Source of the DNA: Lama glama
Lineage: Eukaryota
Assembly: GCA_028534125.1 (NCBI GenBank)
Contig: CM052817.1
Coordinates: 92,320,001-92,384,000, forward strand
Direction of reading: 5' to 3'
Length of the DNA: 64,000 nt
The notes beneath the pieces were generated by a model, which saw only the letters and a list, made by a program, of their open reading frames with translations, was not told the origin of the DNA and ran no database searches. The translations under genes and the position numbers were made by a program. Positions 41,361 through 53,620 of the stretch are shown piece after piece (the first letter of the stretch is position 1; the number at the start of each line of letters is the position of its first letter).

Positions 41361-42859
41361 TACAGAAAGCACCAATGAATGAATTTAAAAGATTACATTT
41401 ATTGACAAATTATCAAAAGATAATTTAAATTGATGATGAATGCATAAAATTTCACCTACAGTAATAAATTTTTGTCCTTTCTGAGTCAGCCTTTGTGATT
41501 TTACCTATATGAGATTTCATCCCTCAGTCTTAAGAGAAAAGGATGCAGAGTAACTTTTTCTGTATTCATTGTCCCTACTCTTCCATAATAGTATATTTCC
41601 TGTCTGTTTGAGGAAGGAAAATCAATAATTAAACAAAATTCCACATAATTACTAATAGGGTCAAGATTCGGCTACCAAAATTGACAATCTCCTATGAAGT
41701 GTACTGAATTACAATTTTACTGTTGTCTGTATTTTTATGGATTTATGCAAAAATGGGCAGTGGTATCACAAGAGGCTTCCATCTGTTAGACAACCCTTTC
41801 AATCACCAGCATTTTATACTTTACTTGTACTTTACCATATCTAGATTATTCACGCTATAAAATTAGAAGCATTAAAAATGATCCTTTTCCATTTCTTATC
41901 ATCTTTTCAAATTATCACCAAATGTAGTTAAGAATGTAGATATCTGTCAATTTCTTTAAAGTATTAATCCCCAGAAACCCTTGTAGTAGCTGTATCTAAG
42001 TCAGTCTATTAGCACTTTGATTACTACTTACTTTCTGTGGATCACAGAACCAAGTTTTAAAAGAAATGTCCTTGTGGAGCTTAAAACTCAACAGGAGAAA
42101 GAACACTTGCATTTGCAAATAAAGAACTCTAAAAGGAAGTGAGGCAAAGAAGTCTATAACAGCTATGTTTTTCTCCTTGGCCTTTAACCAGCAGCTAGCA
42201 CAAGATAATTAATGTTTTCTCACCAACAATATTTCTGAAACAATTTTCTGATTGTTCCAATATTAGATATGAATATTCTTCAATGTGAAAGTTCTTATGG
42301 ATTGTCAGAATGCACAAAAACCTCTATAAAGTCTTACAGACTCCTATCAGTCACCACCTCAAAACACACATCTGAAGGCTGAGACAGAAACACTGTGAGC
42401 CTTACTAAATGTCTACCTCATCATTACTCGCCTTTCTAATTCATCTTGCTATTTAGTATTTTCTTTTCTCAGAGAAATATAGAAAAGCTACTTACTTTAC
42501 TTCTAGAAGAACTGAAAATTACGCTACTTTTTCTTTTATCTGAAAAAGGCTGGCTGTGTCAGAAATAAGACTAAAAACCGTTCTCTTAGCTAAAGTATTT
42601 AGTCCCCTTTAGCCTAGTTTGACAGTAAAAACCTTCTGCGTATTTACTTAGTAATAAAACTCTGCTAGCTGCCATGCACAAATTTGTTTAGTACATAGGC
42701 ACCCTAAAAGACATGGCAACAAAAAGTTGGAAAAAAGCAATGTTTTTCTACTTATGTAAAAACTAAAGACTACTGAAGTGGAAATGGATCTTAAGAGATT
42801 AGTCACCCCTATATATCATGTAAAGGAATAACTTAAAGCTTATTTCTCAATAACCTTAC

Positions 42860-43003
42860 CTCTGAGGAGAGTACATCTTCATTAGCATCAATCTCTTCTG
42901 AATTTTCATCAAAATCTTCCATCTCAACACTATCATCCATAAATTCTGCATTAATTGAGATGAATAGAAGACCCAAACATAGCTGAAAGCCTTGGAAATG
43001 CAT
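42860..43003 (-). CDS. CLGN: CLGN exon 2 coding part (signal peptide [19 protein letters not shown]...); exon starts at 43012
   Basis: ttcacag|ataatcaatATG; GAG|gtaagg; 144 nt. Confidence 0.96.
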
Positions 43004-43989
43004 ATTGATTATCTGTGAAATTGACAGTTATCAGTGAAAGTAAAACAAAGTTGTGAAAAACATGTGTAAGTATACTTATAAAGAAATAATTTCTCCTTAA
43101 TACCTTTCTCTTTTTCCTGGGATGGCTTTTAAAACAAATCATTAACAAAATTATTTAAATTATGCTTTGAACAAGTGATAATACAAACTTCAAATCTCAC
43201 AGGATTCTACAGCTGAAGGAAGGCCTGCTTCTAAAAGCAAAGAGCAAACAGCACAAACCTAAAGATACGGATAACAGTGATCACCAGACTTGTAATATGT
43301 GCAGCCCTTTTTTAAAAAAAAGGAAAAAAGGATCATGATTTCTAAATGTTTGCTCAAAGTACTTTTTTGTTATAATGTTGCTTAAGTGTATATAAACATA
43401 CAATTGGAAATTTAATAATTATAAAACCAAATAATTATATAAACACCAAAAAACCCCAGAAAAGTAATTTTATCACAATGTAATGTGTTAAATCTTTTAC
43501 TGAAATCAAATCACAGCTAAAAAAAAATCATACAAATATAGGTTTACTGCAATCAGGCTGACTGCTATAAACAAACTTCTTTTGCATTTATTATCCTCAT
43601 AATACTATGATGACTCAATTTTATAACCATTTCTCTATTCAAATACTGCAAAATTTCTGTTTCTTATAGCATTAATTGAGATGAGTAGAAGCCAAGTATT
43701 ATTTAAATAATTACACCCTCCTCTACTCTCATTAGCATGTTAAAAATTCAAGTTTTATTTCTTTGACAGTGGACTTTTAAACAAGTAAATCTGAATCCTG
43801 AAATACTGTGATAGTCCTTGGTTATAAGGTGGTCAGTTATCCAGATGATCCAGAGTATAGTTATACTACCAACAATATGAAAAAAATTATTTAAAAAGTA
43901 AATTCTTAGAACTCTTAGATCCTCTAGAACCTGTATCTACAGACCTATACGAGTCTGCTTAAGAAACACTGGATTTACAATACAGCACT

Positions 43990-44690
43990 CTACACCCACC
44001 AGAATGCTTACAATCAAAGGGAGACAATAACAAGTGTCAGAAGGATGTGGAGAAACTGGAATCCTCATACACTGCTGCTAGGAAAATAAAATGAGCTTTG
44101 GAAATAGTGTGACAGTTCTTCAAAATGTTAAAAATAGAGTTACTTTATGATCCAGCAATTCCACTCCTTAGATGTCTACCCAAGAGAAACAAAAACAGAT
44201 GTCCAAACAAAAACTTGGAATATAAATGTTTAAAGAAGCATTTTAATAATAGCCAAAAAGTGGAAGCAACCCAAATATCCATCAACTGATGAGTGGATAA
44301 ACAAAATGTGAAATATTAATACAATGGAATATTATTTAGCAATGAGTACTGATGTGTTACAAGAATGTGAAACATCATGCTGAGTAGAAGAAGTCAGTCA
44401 TAAAAAAAACCACATATTCTATGATCCCATTTAAAAGAAATAGGTAAATTCATAGAATATTGGAAAATAGGTTAGTGATTGTCTAAAGAAAGGAGTCGGA
44501 AGAAAGGGTTAGAGAGTACAAGGTTTCCTTCTGGAGTAATGAAAATGTTCTAAAGTTGGAATATGGAAATGGTTACATAACTTGGTAAGTATGTTAAACC
44601 CACTGAACTGCACTCATTAAACAGGTGAACTTGCAGGTACGCAAATAAAGCTATTTTTAATCAATATCAATAAAGCTATTTTTAGAAAAG
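43990..44690 (+). mobile_element. L1MB/MC-type 3' region
   Basis: GGATGTGGAGAAACTGGAATCCTCATAC...GATCCAGCAATTCCACTCCT...GAGTGGATAAACAAAATGTG...CAATAAAGCT. Confidence 0.8.
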
Positions 44691-44736
44691 AAACATGAGA
44701 CTATAAAAAGTATTTTTCCATATAGTTAAACTAACC

Positions 44737-44922
44737 TTTTTTTTTTAACTGAAGTATAGTTGATTTACAATGTTGTGCTAATTTCTGGTGTACAGCATAG
44801 TGATTCATTTATACACACACATATATATATTCCTTTTCATTTTCTTTTTTTGTTATAGGCCATTACAAGGTATTCAATATAGTTCCCTATGCTATACAGT
44901 AGGACCTTGTTGTTAATCTATC
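44737..44922 (-). mobile_element. Cetartiodactyl-type L1 3' end
   Basis: T-tract then GAAGTATAGTTGATTTACAATGTTGTG...; TSD AACTAACC at 44729 and 44923. Confidence 0.85.
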
Positions 44923-45449
44923 AACTAACCCTTTTTAATGAGATGAAATCTCTATATGAATATATGGGACAGTTAGACTTGATTTCTTCTAGAGACCACT
45001 GGTGACAACTCTAAAGTTTACTTTGAAAATGCATATTTAAAAAAATTAACACCATTCTACCATAATATGAACATTCTATATTAAAAGGTGTGTTAATACC
45101 ATCATTTTTATGGACCCAGGCAACAAAAAACATGATGCATACTAATCACAATCTAATTAGAGGAGTTTAATCTCTCTTGAGTCATTGAAAAGGTGTAACT
45201 GGGATAGAAAGTAAGTGTAAAGGGATCAATTTGACTCAATAACAGTAAGGTTGAGTTTTAAAAACTTTTCCCTTATTGGCACAGGAATAAGTATATTTGC
45301 AAATTGCTTATTAATTGTTAATAACCCTAAAAGCTTCATTGTTCTAAAAGTTTAAGAGCCTTCCACAACTTAATAATGTAGTAAAAGGTGCTTTTCTAGA
45401 CTCACTATCAATAACATTTAAGTAAAATAGAAATGCATAAAATAATAGC

Positions 45450-46310
45450 AGTATTCTTATAATATTTTTATATCTATAGAATTGGTTGTAATGTTTCCTC
45501 ACTCACTTCTGATTTTAGTTGCGTCTTCAATTCAATCTAGCTAAAGGTTTACCAATTTTGTTGATCTTTCCAAAGAACCAATTCTTGGTTTCACTGACTT
45601 TCTCTATTGTTTATCTATTATTTTTTTCATTTATCTGTTATCTAATCTTTACTATTTTTTTCCTTCTGCTAGCTTTAGGTTTTCTAGTTCCTTAAGATGT
45701 AAAGTCAGACTGTTAATTTAAGATCTTTCTTTTTTAATGTAAGTGTTTACAGCTATTAATTTCCCTCTTAGCACTGCTTTCACTCTATCCTATAAGTTTT
45801 GGTCTACTGCATTTTTGTTTTCATTTGTCTCAAGGTACTTTTTAATTTTCTTCTGATTTCTTTTTTGACCTTTTTGTTTTTTAAAAGTCTGTTAATTTTC
45901 ACATATTTGTGGACTTTCCTGCTTTCCTTCTGCTACTGATTTCTAGTTTTATTACACTGTAACTGGAAAAGACATTCTGAATAATTTCAACTTTTAAAAA
46001 ATTATTGACTTGTTTTGTGCCTAATGTATGGTCTATCCTAGAGAATACTGCATACATACTTAAGGAAAATATGTATTTACATCAATATTCATCAGGGATA
46101 TTGGTCTGAAGTTTTCTTAAGAGCGTCTTGTTGATACAGGGTAATGCTGCCCTCATAGAATGAATTTTGAATTATTCCTTTCTCTTCAATTTTTTGGAAG
46201 AGTTTGAGGAAGACTGGCATTAATTTTTATTTCTGCTATTGTTAGGTAAAGTGTTCTGTGTGACTATCAGGTCCACCTGCTCTATCTTGTTCAAGTCTTC
46301 TAATTCCTCA
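45450..46310 (-). mobile_element. L1 ORF2 fragments
   Basis: CTAGCTAAAGGTTTACCAATTTTGTTGATCTTTCCAAAGAACCAA...TTCCCTCTTAGCACTGCTTT. Confidence 0.8.
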
Positions 46311-46984
46311 TTGGTCTAGGTAGCTGTCCTAAGTTACACAGTTTTAGTGTGGCAAGAATTTGTTTATATGGTATAATATACAACATTTAGTACTCACCCT
46401 GTTCCCTCCTTACAAATGTATAAAAGATAGCAAGCCTAGGGTTCTAAGTTTCCTGTGTATTCCCCACTCCATACAGTTTGCTGTATCACAAAATATTTGT
46501 CCCTTCATCAGGAAGAAGGGAGGCAGTGAAGAAGTACATCTATTTGCATGTATCTTTGATTTTATGTATGTTCTCTACACTGCTTCTAGGCTGGTTCAGT
46601 AACAAACTGAAGTATAAGTAACTTTGGCCAAGTATGATATCATTCACCCCAATCTCTGAAACCAAACCAAGGAGGTTGATCTAACTTCAAAGAATTTTAC
46701 CAATATCACCCAAAAGCCCTACTGAATCTCCACTGCCAGCCCCAAATTTCAAATTGTAAAGTGCAGCTCATTTACTGGTATCGAATAATGCTCAATCCCA
46801 CATCGAAGGTAGCTACAGCACTAAAAGAAAAGTCAATCACGGGATATCCAATATTCGTTGTGAAGTGTGGGAGAGATTGCTGGTTGATCACTAAGCTATT
46901 TTCTCTTTTTCCAGGGGACAAGACTAGACTATGTTTTTCTTGGAATTAAGTGTAATTCAGGTAAATGGAATTAGGTGAGACACA

Positions 46985-47371
46985 GGAAAGCCAATGATGT
47001 AGTGCTAGTCTGAGCTGGAAGACCTGAGAGCCAGGAGAGCCAATGCTATAAGCTCTAGTCTGAAGCCAGTAGGCTTGAGACCTAAGAAGAGCCAATGTTT
47101 CAGTTCGAGTCCAAAGGCAGGAAAAAACTCATCCAGTCAGGTGGGAGGAATTCCCTCTTTCCCCCCGGAGTATCAGCTTCATTGTTCTATTCAGGCCTCC
47201 AACTGTGTGGATGAAGGCCACCCACACTGGGAGGACAATCTGCTTTACTCAGTCTCCCAATCAAATGTTAATCTTGTCAAAAAGCACCCTCACAGACATA
47301 CCCAAAATGTTTGACCAAACATCGGGGCAGCCAGTGGTTCAGTTAAATTGATACATACAATTAACCATCAC
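46985..47371 (-). mobile_element. MLT2B-like ERVL LTR
   Basis: CCCACACTGGGAGGACAATCTGCTTTACTCAGTC...AAATTGATACATACAATTAACCATCACA. Confidence 0.75.
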
Positions 47372-48894
47372 AGCCATGTATTCCTCAGGACACCTGGAAT
47401 TATGTTAGGCCTCTGAGATTTTTTAATTTTCTACTTAGGTATTACTTCAATTAATACATACTGGTAACTAAAACTGGGTATTTCTTTCTAAATCAGAAGT
47501 ACCCAGAAACAATGAAAATATCTCAAGAAATACAATAAAAAATGGGGAAAGAATCGTAACAGCAGAAATAATAGTTGAAAATACAACTTTCTGGTGGTTT
47601 AGGCAACAAACCACCAGATCCTATAAAACTGAGAAACTAATGAAGTCTGAGATTAGCTGAAATACTGGATATGGGAATATTATTTGGTTGTAGTAATTAC
47701 AGAAAGAATGAATTAAATCTGCACTGAGTTTTAAAACGATCACTACAGATTAAAGTTCAAACTGACTAAATAGCACCATTTTCAAAATAATGGTTATGTA
47801 ACCATTATAATGATACATTAATATTTATTTAAGATTTATATTACCTCTACATAGTTCCAAAAGAACTGCTTGAGGCAAATTGCAAAACAAAAAACAGACA
47901 AAAATATAAGCTCATTGAGAGCTAGAATTCTCATTTCTGTATTCACAGTGCTAGCCAAAGAGTACTAGTACATGATAAATAGGGACAGATATATGTTCAT
48001 AGAATGAATGAATGAATGCATAAGTAACAGTAAAAAAGGTTATGAGGGGAGGGAAATAGATGTTACTAAGCAACCAAGCAGAATAAGTTTATTGCTATAG
48101 CAGCACAGCAACAATAAATTTGGCAAGATGGTTCTAGGCAATTAGGGGAAGGCCAGAAATAAAATGAAGGAGTTGTCACTGTCTATAAAAGTCCACAAGA
48201 TCCTTGGAGGGAAAAATCCTCTTCTAGAATTTAACTCCTAGAAAAATTTGTGGATTGAATCCTTATACAATAAATGTCTTTAACTATGGTTTTATGAGAG
48301 AGAAATGGTATGTCAATGCTTCTAACATTAGCCCCCTGAAGTTTTTTAGAACATTGTTAAAAGTTAACACAGTTAAAGCATTTCTATAGAGAAATGAGGT
48401 AACAATCTAGAATTGCAGCTTTATGATCCAACTTAATATGGGGGAATTAATAATATTTTTCAATTTTACTCTATATCTATAAATAAACATCTCTTATTGT
48501 GAGTTATTTCAGAATCTTGCTATAGACATGCTGCATTTCAACAATTTAATTCATAATTTACTAGTAAACAAAAGAAAGTAAAAATTTTGTGTTACCACAT
48601 CACAAAAATAAAATTGGATAAATTTTCACCAAAATAAGAGGGTATTCTTGGAAGTATCTGGCTGTGTAGCACATTTAAAAAAAAAAGGATCACAAGTAAG
48701 GTGAAGAGGTAGGTAATAGTGGCATCTTAAAGAGCAGCCTCCTTCCAAAGAAGCTCCAAGATTCCATTTGACATGCAGGTACTTTCTCACAGAAAAAACA
48801 AGCATGCTTCAGAATAAGCTGCACCAGAGATTTATAAATTTTGTAGTAGCTCATGTTTCCAGAAATTCAGGGGAAGTTAGTCAGTAGACAATAT

Positions 48895-49220
48895 AATTCA
48901 TCATTCATGAATTCATTTAACAAATACTTATGGTTGTCAATTATGTGCCAGACATGATGTCAGATACTGAATTTACAGTAATTAGCAAAACATAAATGGC
49001 CCTGATCTCAAAGAGCTTAGAGTCTGGGATGGAAAGCAGATATTAAACAAACTACCCAGGTATAATATGTAAACTTTAATGAGTGACAAAGAAATTTTAA
49101 TAGTTGGTAACTGGGGAACTGAACTTACGGGAGAAGGGTCAGAGAAAAACCTCCTTGAGAAATTTACAAAGTGAGGTACAAGGGATGGAAAGGACTGATT
49201 TCCTTAGGCCAAGGACAAAG
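48895..49220. mobile_element. L2 fragment
   Basis: ATTCATTTAACAAATACTTATG...TATGTGCCAGACA...CCCTGATCTCAAAGAGCTTAGAGTCT. Confidence 0.6.
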
Positions 49221-50020
49221 GAAGCTGCATGTGAGAAAAGGCACTGAAAAGGGAAGAGTGGAAGAAGGAGAACAGAAAGAACTGTTTTGAGTACTGACTG
49301 TGTTTTAAGCGTATTCATTCCAACCATTATAGCTACTATGTAGTGAAGATACTAGTAGCCCATTATACATAAGGAAAGTGAGGCTCAGGGAGATAAGTAA
49401 CTTACTTAAGAATACAGAATGCTACTGAAAAGAAAAGGCAACAGAAAAGGCAAGACTCAAAGTCAGGTCTAGCTTCAAACTCTACGTTCCTTTCTTTAAG
49501 GCTCTAAGGTTAGAAGGTTTAACAATTTAATCTTCATTAAATGGCATTAAGGTTATAGGCCTATAAAATAAGGTCAATATTTTCTTAGTATGTTTCATGC
49601 CTTACACATACATTTCAATTTCTGTGGGGTTCATATTTTAAAATCCATGTTTTGATGTGCATCCAAGTTATACAGTATGTACATATAGTTATCTGGTTAA
49701 ATGGCATTTAAAATCCTTCCAGCAAAGATTTTAAAGCTGCTTAAAGCTACATAAAAATAAAAAAACTAAAAACTTTATAGTATTACTTTATATTCCTATG
49801 ACACTTTAAAATTTTACAGTGCTCACACAAATTTTAGGATATGTAAGAAGTTACCTGCATTTCTTAGAAAGCTCAAGGATAAACAGTAAGGCTTACTATT
49901 GGAACTATATCACATGCTAAATAATGTAATGCTTCTAGGCATTATCTTTATTTAACAGAAGCATCTAGAAATACTGTCTTCATTAACTGTTAATACTTTT
50001 CACTTCTTGTTTTAACTTCC

Positions 50021-50583
50021 TATGATAGAGAGAACAATGACTCAAAGATGTCCACACCCTAATCCTTGGATCCTGTGTTACCTCACATGGCAAAGGGGGC
50101 TTTTAGATGGAATTAACGTTGTTAATTAGCTGACCCTAAAATAGGGAGAGTATCCTGGTTTATGGATGGGCCCAATATAATACATGGACCCTTAAAAGTG
50201 GAAGAGGAAGTGAGTGAGAGCAGAAGAGATCTGAATAGTGAGAAGGACTCCATCTACCATAGGGACCTTGAAGATGGAGGAAGGGGGCCCATGTGGGTGG
50301 TCTCTAGAAGCAGAAAACCACCTTCAGCTGACAGTCAGAAGGATATAGGAACTTCAGTCTACAACACAAGGAACTGAATTCTGCCACCAACCTGAATGAG
50401 CAAGGAAGTAGATCTCCCCAGAGCTTCTAGTAAGGAATGATGCACCTTGCCAACACCTAGATGTTAGCTCGGTTGAGATCTGTGTCAGACTTCTGACCTA
50501 TAGAACTGTGAGAAAATAAATTTGTGTTGCATTAAGCTGTTAAGTTTATTGTAATTTGTTACAGTAACAAGGAAAAATTAACA
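50021..50583 (+). mobile_element. MLT1D-like MaLR LTR
   Basis: AAAGATGTCCACACCCTAATCC...GTTACCTCACATGGCAAAGGGG...GACTTCTGACCTATAGAACTGTGAG...TAATTTGTTACAG. Confidence 0.8.
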
Positions 50584-52218
50584 TTTTTATTATTCCTGTA
50601 CTCAATTCTAGCTTCTTTTCTTAGTTGGTAAGTGCAATAACATTTTTCAGTCCTATTGCCTCCTGCTCCCTGTTGACCGTGCTGACTGCGTCCTTCTTGA
50701 TGCCCTCTCCTCCCTTGGTTTCGATGACACTATTCTTGATTCTTTTCATTTTATCCTCCTCCTTCACAGGCTCTTTCTCTAATCTTCTGTAAATGTTGCT
50801 GTTCCTTATGGTTCTGTCCCCAGGCTTCCTTCTTACATAACATATACTCTTGACTTCTACCTATAAATGCTAGCTAAGGACTCCCATATCTTATCCATAG
50901 CACAGAGATCACTCTTTAGTTTCAAATCACTATCCATATTTAAGGATGTCCCAAGCCCTCCATTAATTTGAACCTGGTCTTTCCTCCCAAACTTGTTCTC
51001 CATCTCCTCAATTCCCTTCTCCCATTAACTACACCTCTGATCAACTAAATTGACCAAGTTACTTTGCCATTATCTTAAAATCTTCCGTCTTGTTGATATT
51101 CCGTATCATTCGTAACTAAATGCATTTGGGTATTTCTTGAATGTCTCTTTCTATCCCTATGCCACAGTCTTAATTTAGGAATCCACCATTTCTGAAAAAG
51201 ATTAGTAAACTCCCACTTTGCCTCTTCACTTCCAGTCTTGCCAATCAATCTATCCTCCACCTTCTCTCTAGCATGAATTTTCTAAAAAACAAACAAAAGT
51301 CTTATTTTACTACCTGTTATAAAAATGCTAAATAGTTCTCAGCATAAATTCTTCCCTTTTAAAAGACTCATTTCTTTCACTCTAAACACTCACCTATTAA
51401 CATATTCATGCTTTTCTATATGCTTTCTTGTAACTGAGATGCCTTTCAGCTATCCAGTTTTAATGGCTGAGGACTCACTCAGCACGATTATGCCTCAAAA
51501 GTAGTGTATGAAAAATCAATATTTAAAAGTTCTAGTTGTCATGCTGACTAGGAGCTCAACTATAAAATATTATAGAAGGTACACTGAGCTTGGCACCATC
51601 ACACCAAGGTTCCAGTATTATTTTTAAAAGGCCAGGAGTTAAAACTGCTCTAAGCCTGTTTTTTTGTCTTTATCTTTGTCTTTGTTTTGTTTTGTTTTGT
51701 TTCATTTGTCACGTTAAAGGATTAAGCTAGATGATCAAAAAGTCCATTAAAATCGACAATTCTAGCTTTCTGGATAAGAGCACTAAAACTTACTAGGTAC
51801 TGAAAACAAGTAATGAGGCTAATATATAGCACTATTCAATTTCTACAGATCCATCAACATACACCATTCACACACAATAATTAACTTTATCAACTAGATA
51901 AATAATATTGACTATCTTCTAAGGATTTAGGGATAAGACCTAAATGTGACTGGAAAGTCAAACCAATTTTATGTAAAGGCAAAACTGTAAACTGAAAAGC
52001 AGTCAAATGATTGCCAAAAGGAAGGCTACCTAGAGTGATTAAATGACCTAGAGTGATGGAAATTTTTTAAAGCAAGCACAATTATGAGGCTAGATCAGGG
52101 TTTTAATGGCTCTTACGCATCAAAAATTTTCAATATAAATTAACTCTCTTCTAATTTCAGAGTTCGTCCCATTGTCATTCGATTTACTTTCCCCTTGGTG
52201 AGCTTCCTCGCACTTTGC

Positions 52219-52420
52219 TTTTTTTTTTTAATTTAAGTATAGTTGATTTACAATGCGATGTTAGTTTCTGGTGTACAGCATTGTGATTCAATTATACCTA
52301 CATATTCTTTTTCATATTTTTCATCATAGGTTATTACAAGATATTGAATATAGTTCCTTGTGCTATACTGTAAATCCTTGCTGTTTATCTGTTTTATATA
52401 TAATAATGTGTATCTGCTGC
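52219..52420 (-). mobile_element. Cetartiodactyl-type L1 3' end adjoining the CpG island
   Basis: T-tract then AAGTATAGTTGATTTACAATG...ACAAGATATTGAATATAGTTCCTTGTGCTATAC. Confidence 0.85.
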
Positions 52421-52539
52421 CATTCGCTTTTAAATCCCAAGAAAACGCTTCCTCCTGGTTGCTTGGGCCAATGCTATAAATAAAATCAGCTAAGGTATCT
52501 GATCGTAAACAGGCTTTCGGCGATAATGAGTCTCTACTC

Positions 52540-53620
52540 ATTAGGGTTTCGTCGGATTCAACACAACCCTCTGGCTCCCTCCCCAGCGGCGCATGCGGGG
52601 CTCCAGGCAGCGCCTCGAGGGAGCCGCCGCGAGGCACCGGCGTCCACGCTGTGAGGTAACGTTAGGTCCCTCGGCCTTTACAGAGGCGGGGATGGGGTAA
52701 GCTGAGCCTAGTTGGGTGGTGTTCGAGCTTCTGTGAGAAGCAGCCGGCGGGGCGAGCAGCGCCGAGGAGACCCGGGCCCCCTCTCCACTCCTCGGGAGCT
52801 GGCAGCCCGGCTCGAGCGTGGAACGGGGCTGAAATGTCAACCGCTGGAATAACGGCCTCGGCTCCCTGGGGCCCCTTAAGACGGGCCGGGCTGCGGGGGG
52901 ACGCCCAGCCTTCCCCGCGCCGGCGCAGCAGGTGGGCACAGCAGTTCTGGAGGACCCAACCGACCTGAGGTGGCATCAAACTCCCGCCGCCCGGGGCTGG
53001 CTTCCCCACTCCCGCCCAAGAACCTCGCTGGCGGCACCCCATCCCCGAACTCAACACCCACCCCTCACTAGCCCCAACTCTTTCCGCCCGACAGGTCGCC
53101 GAAGAAAGGGGCGCGACCCAGGCACCCCCGCCCTGAGGGAAGGAGCGAGGACTCCGATTCCTCACCTCACCTCGGCCCGAGCGCAAAAGGATGCGAGGAA
53201 ATGGACTCCTGCCCACGCACCTGTCTTGCGGGCTGTTTTCGGCAATGGCAGCTCCGATGTCCGAGTGGCTGCCACTTGGTCCCTGAGTCTTCCCAGACCG
53301 ATCCCGCCGGCGGTCGCGCAGCAGCAACTACCAACTGCGCATGCGCGTGCGGCCGCTGGCCGGGTGGAGGCGGCGGCCTGAGGCCCGTGCCGCGCGCACC
53401 TGCACTAGGGGCTCAACGGCCGCGGAGGGGCGCCGCTCCGCGATGCGGCCCACCAGGCGCGCCCTCCCGACCACGCGCCGCGCCGCCCGCGCCCGCCAAT
53501 CGCAGCGCGGATCCGGCTCCCGGTCGAGCCCTGGAGGAATTCCTCCTTATCCGTCCGAAGACTTTTCCCTCCCGCGGAGCGCCTGGCCTCTGCAACCAGT
53601 GAGGTTCTGCCTCCTAGTGC
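52540..53620. promoter_or_regulatory. CLGN: CpG island / CLGN promoter, no obvious TATA box
   Basis: Abrupt GC/CpG-rich block in AT-rich DNA; NRF1-like GCGCATGCGC at 53337-53346; CCAAT at 53496-53500; GC boxes. Confidence 0.9.
53221..53330 (-). other. CLGN: CLGN non-coding exon 1 (TSS approximate)
   Basis: Ends GCCGAAAACAGCCCGCAAGACAG|gtgcgt, resembling the recalled human 5'UTR upstream of ataatcaatATG; lies inside the CpG island. Confidence 0.8.

Larger units (their letters stand above)
12130..53330 (-). other. CLGN: CLGN gene span (15 exons; calmegin, testis calnexin paralogue); ends approximate
   Basis: 14 coding exons with GT-AG junctions and compatible phases sum to 1833 nt = 610 aa + stop. 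Confidence 0.97.

Noticed and set aside
53471..53500. CCACG and CCAAT near an ER chaperone promoter, suggesting an ERSE
   Set aside because: Order and spacing (CCACG-N20-CCAAT) match neither ERSE (CCAAT-N9-CCACG) nor ERSE-II.
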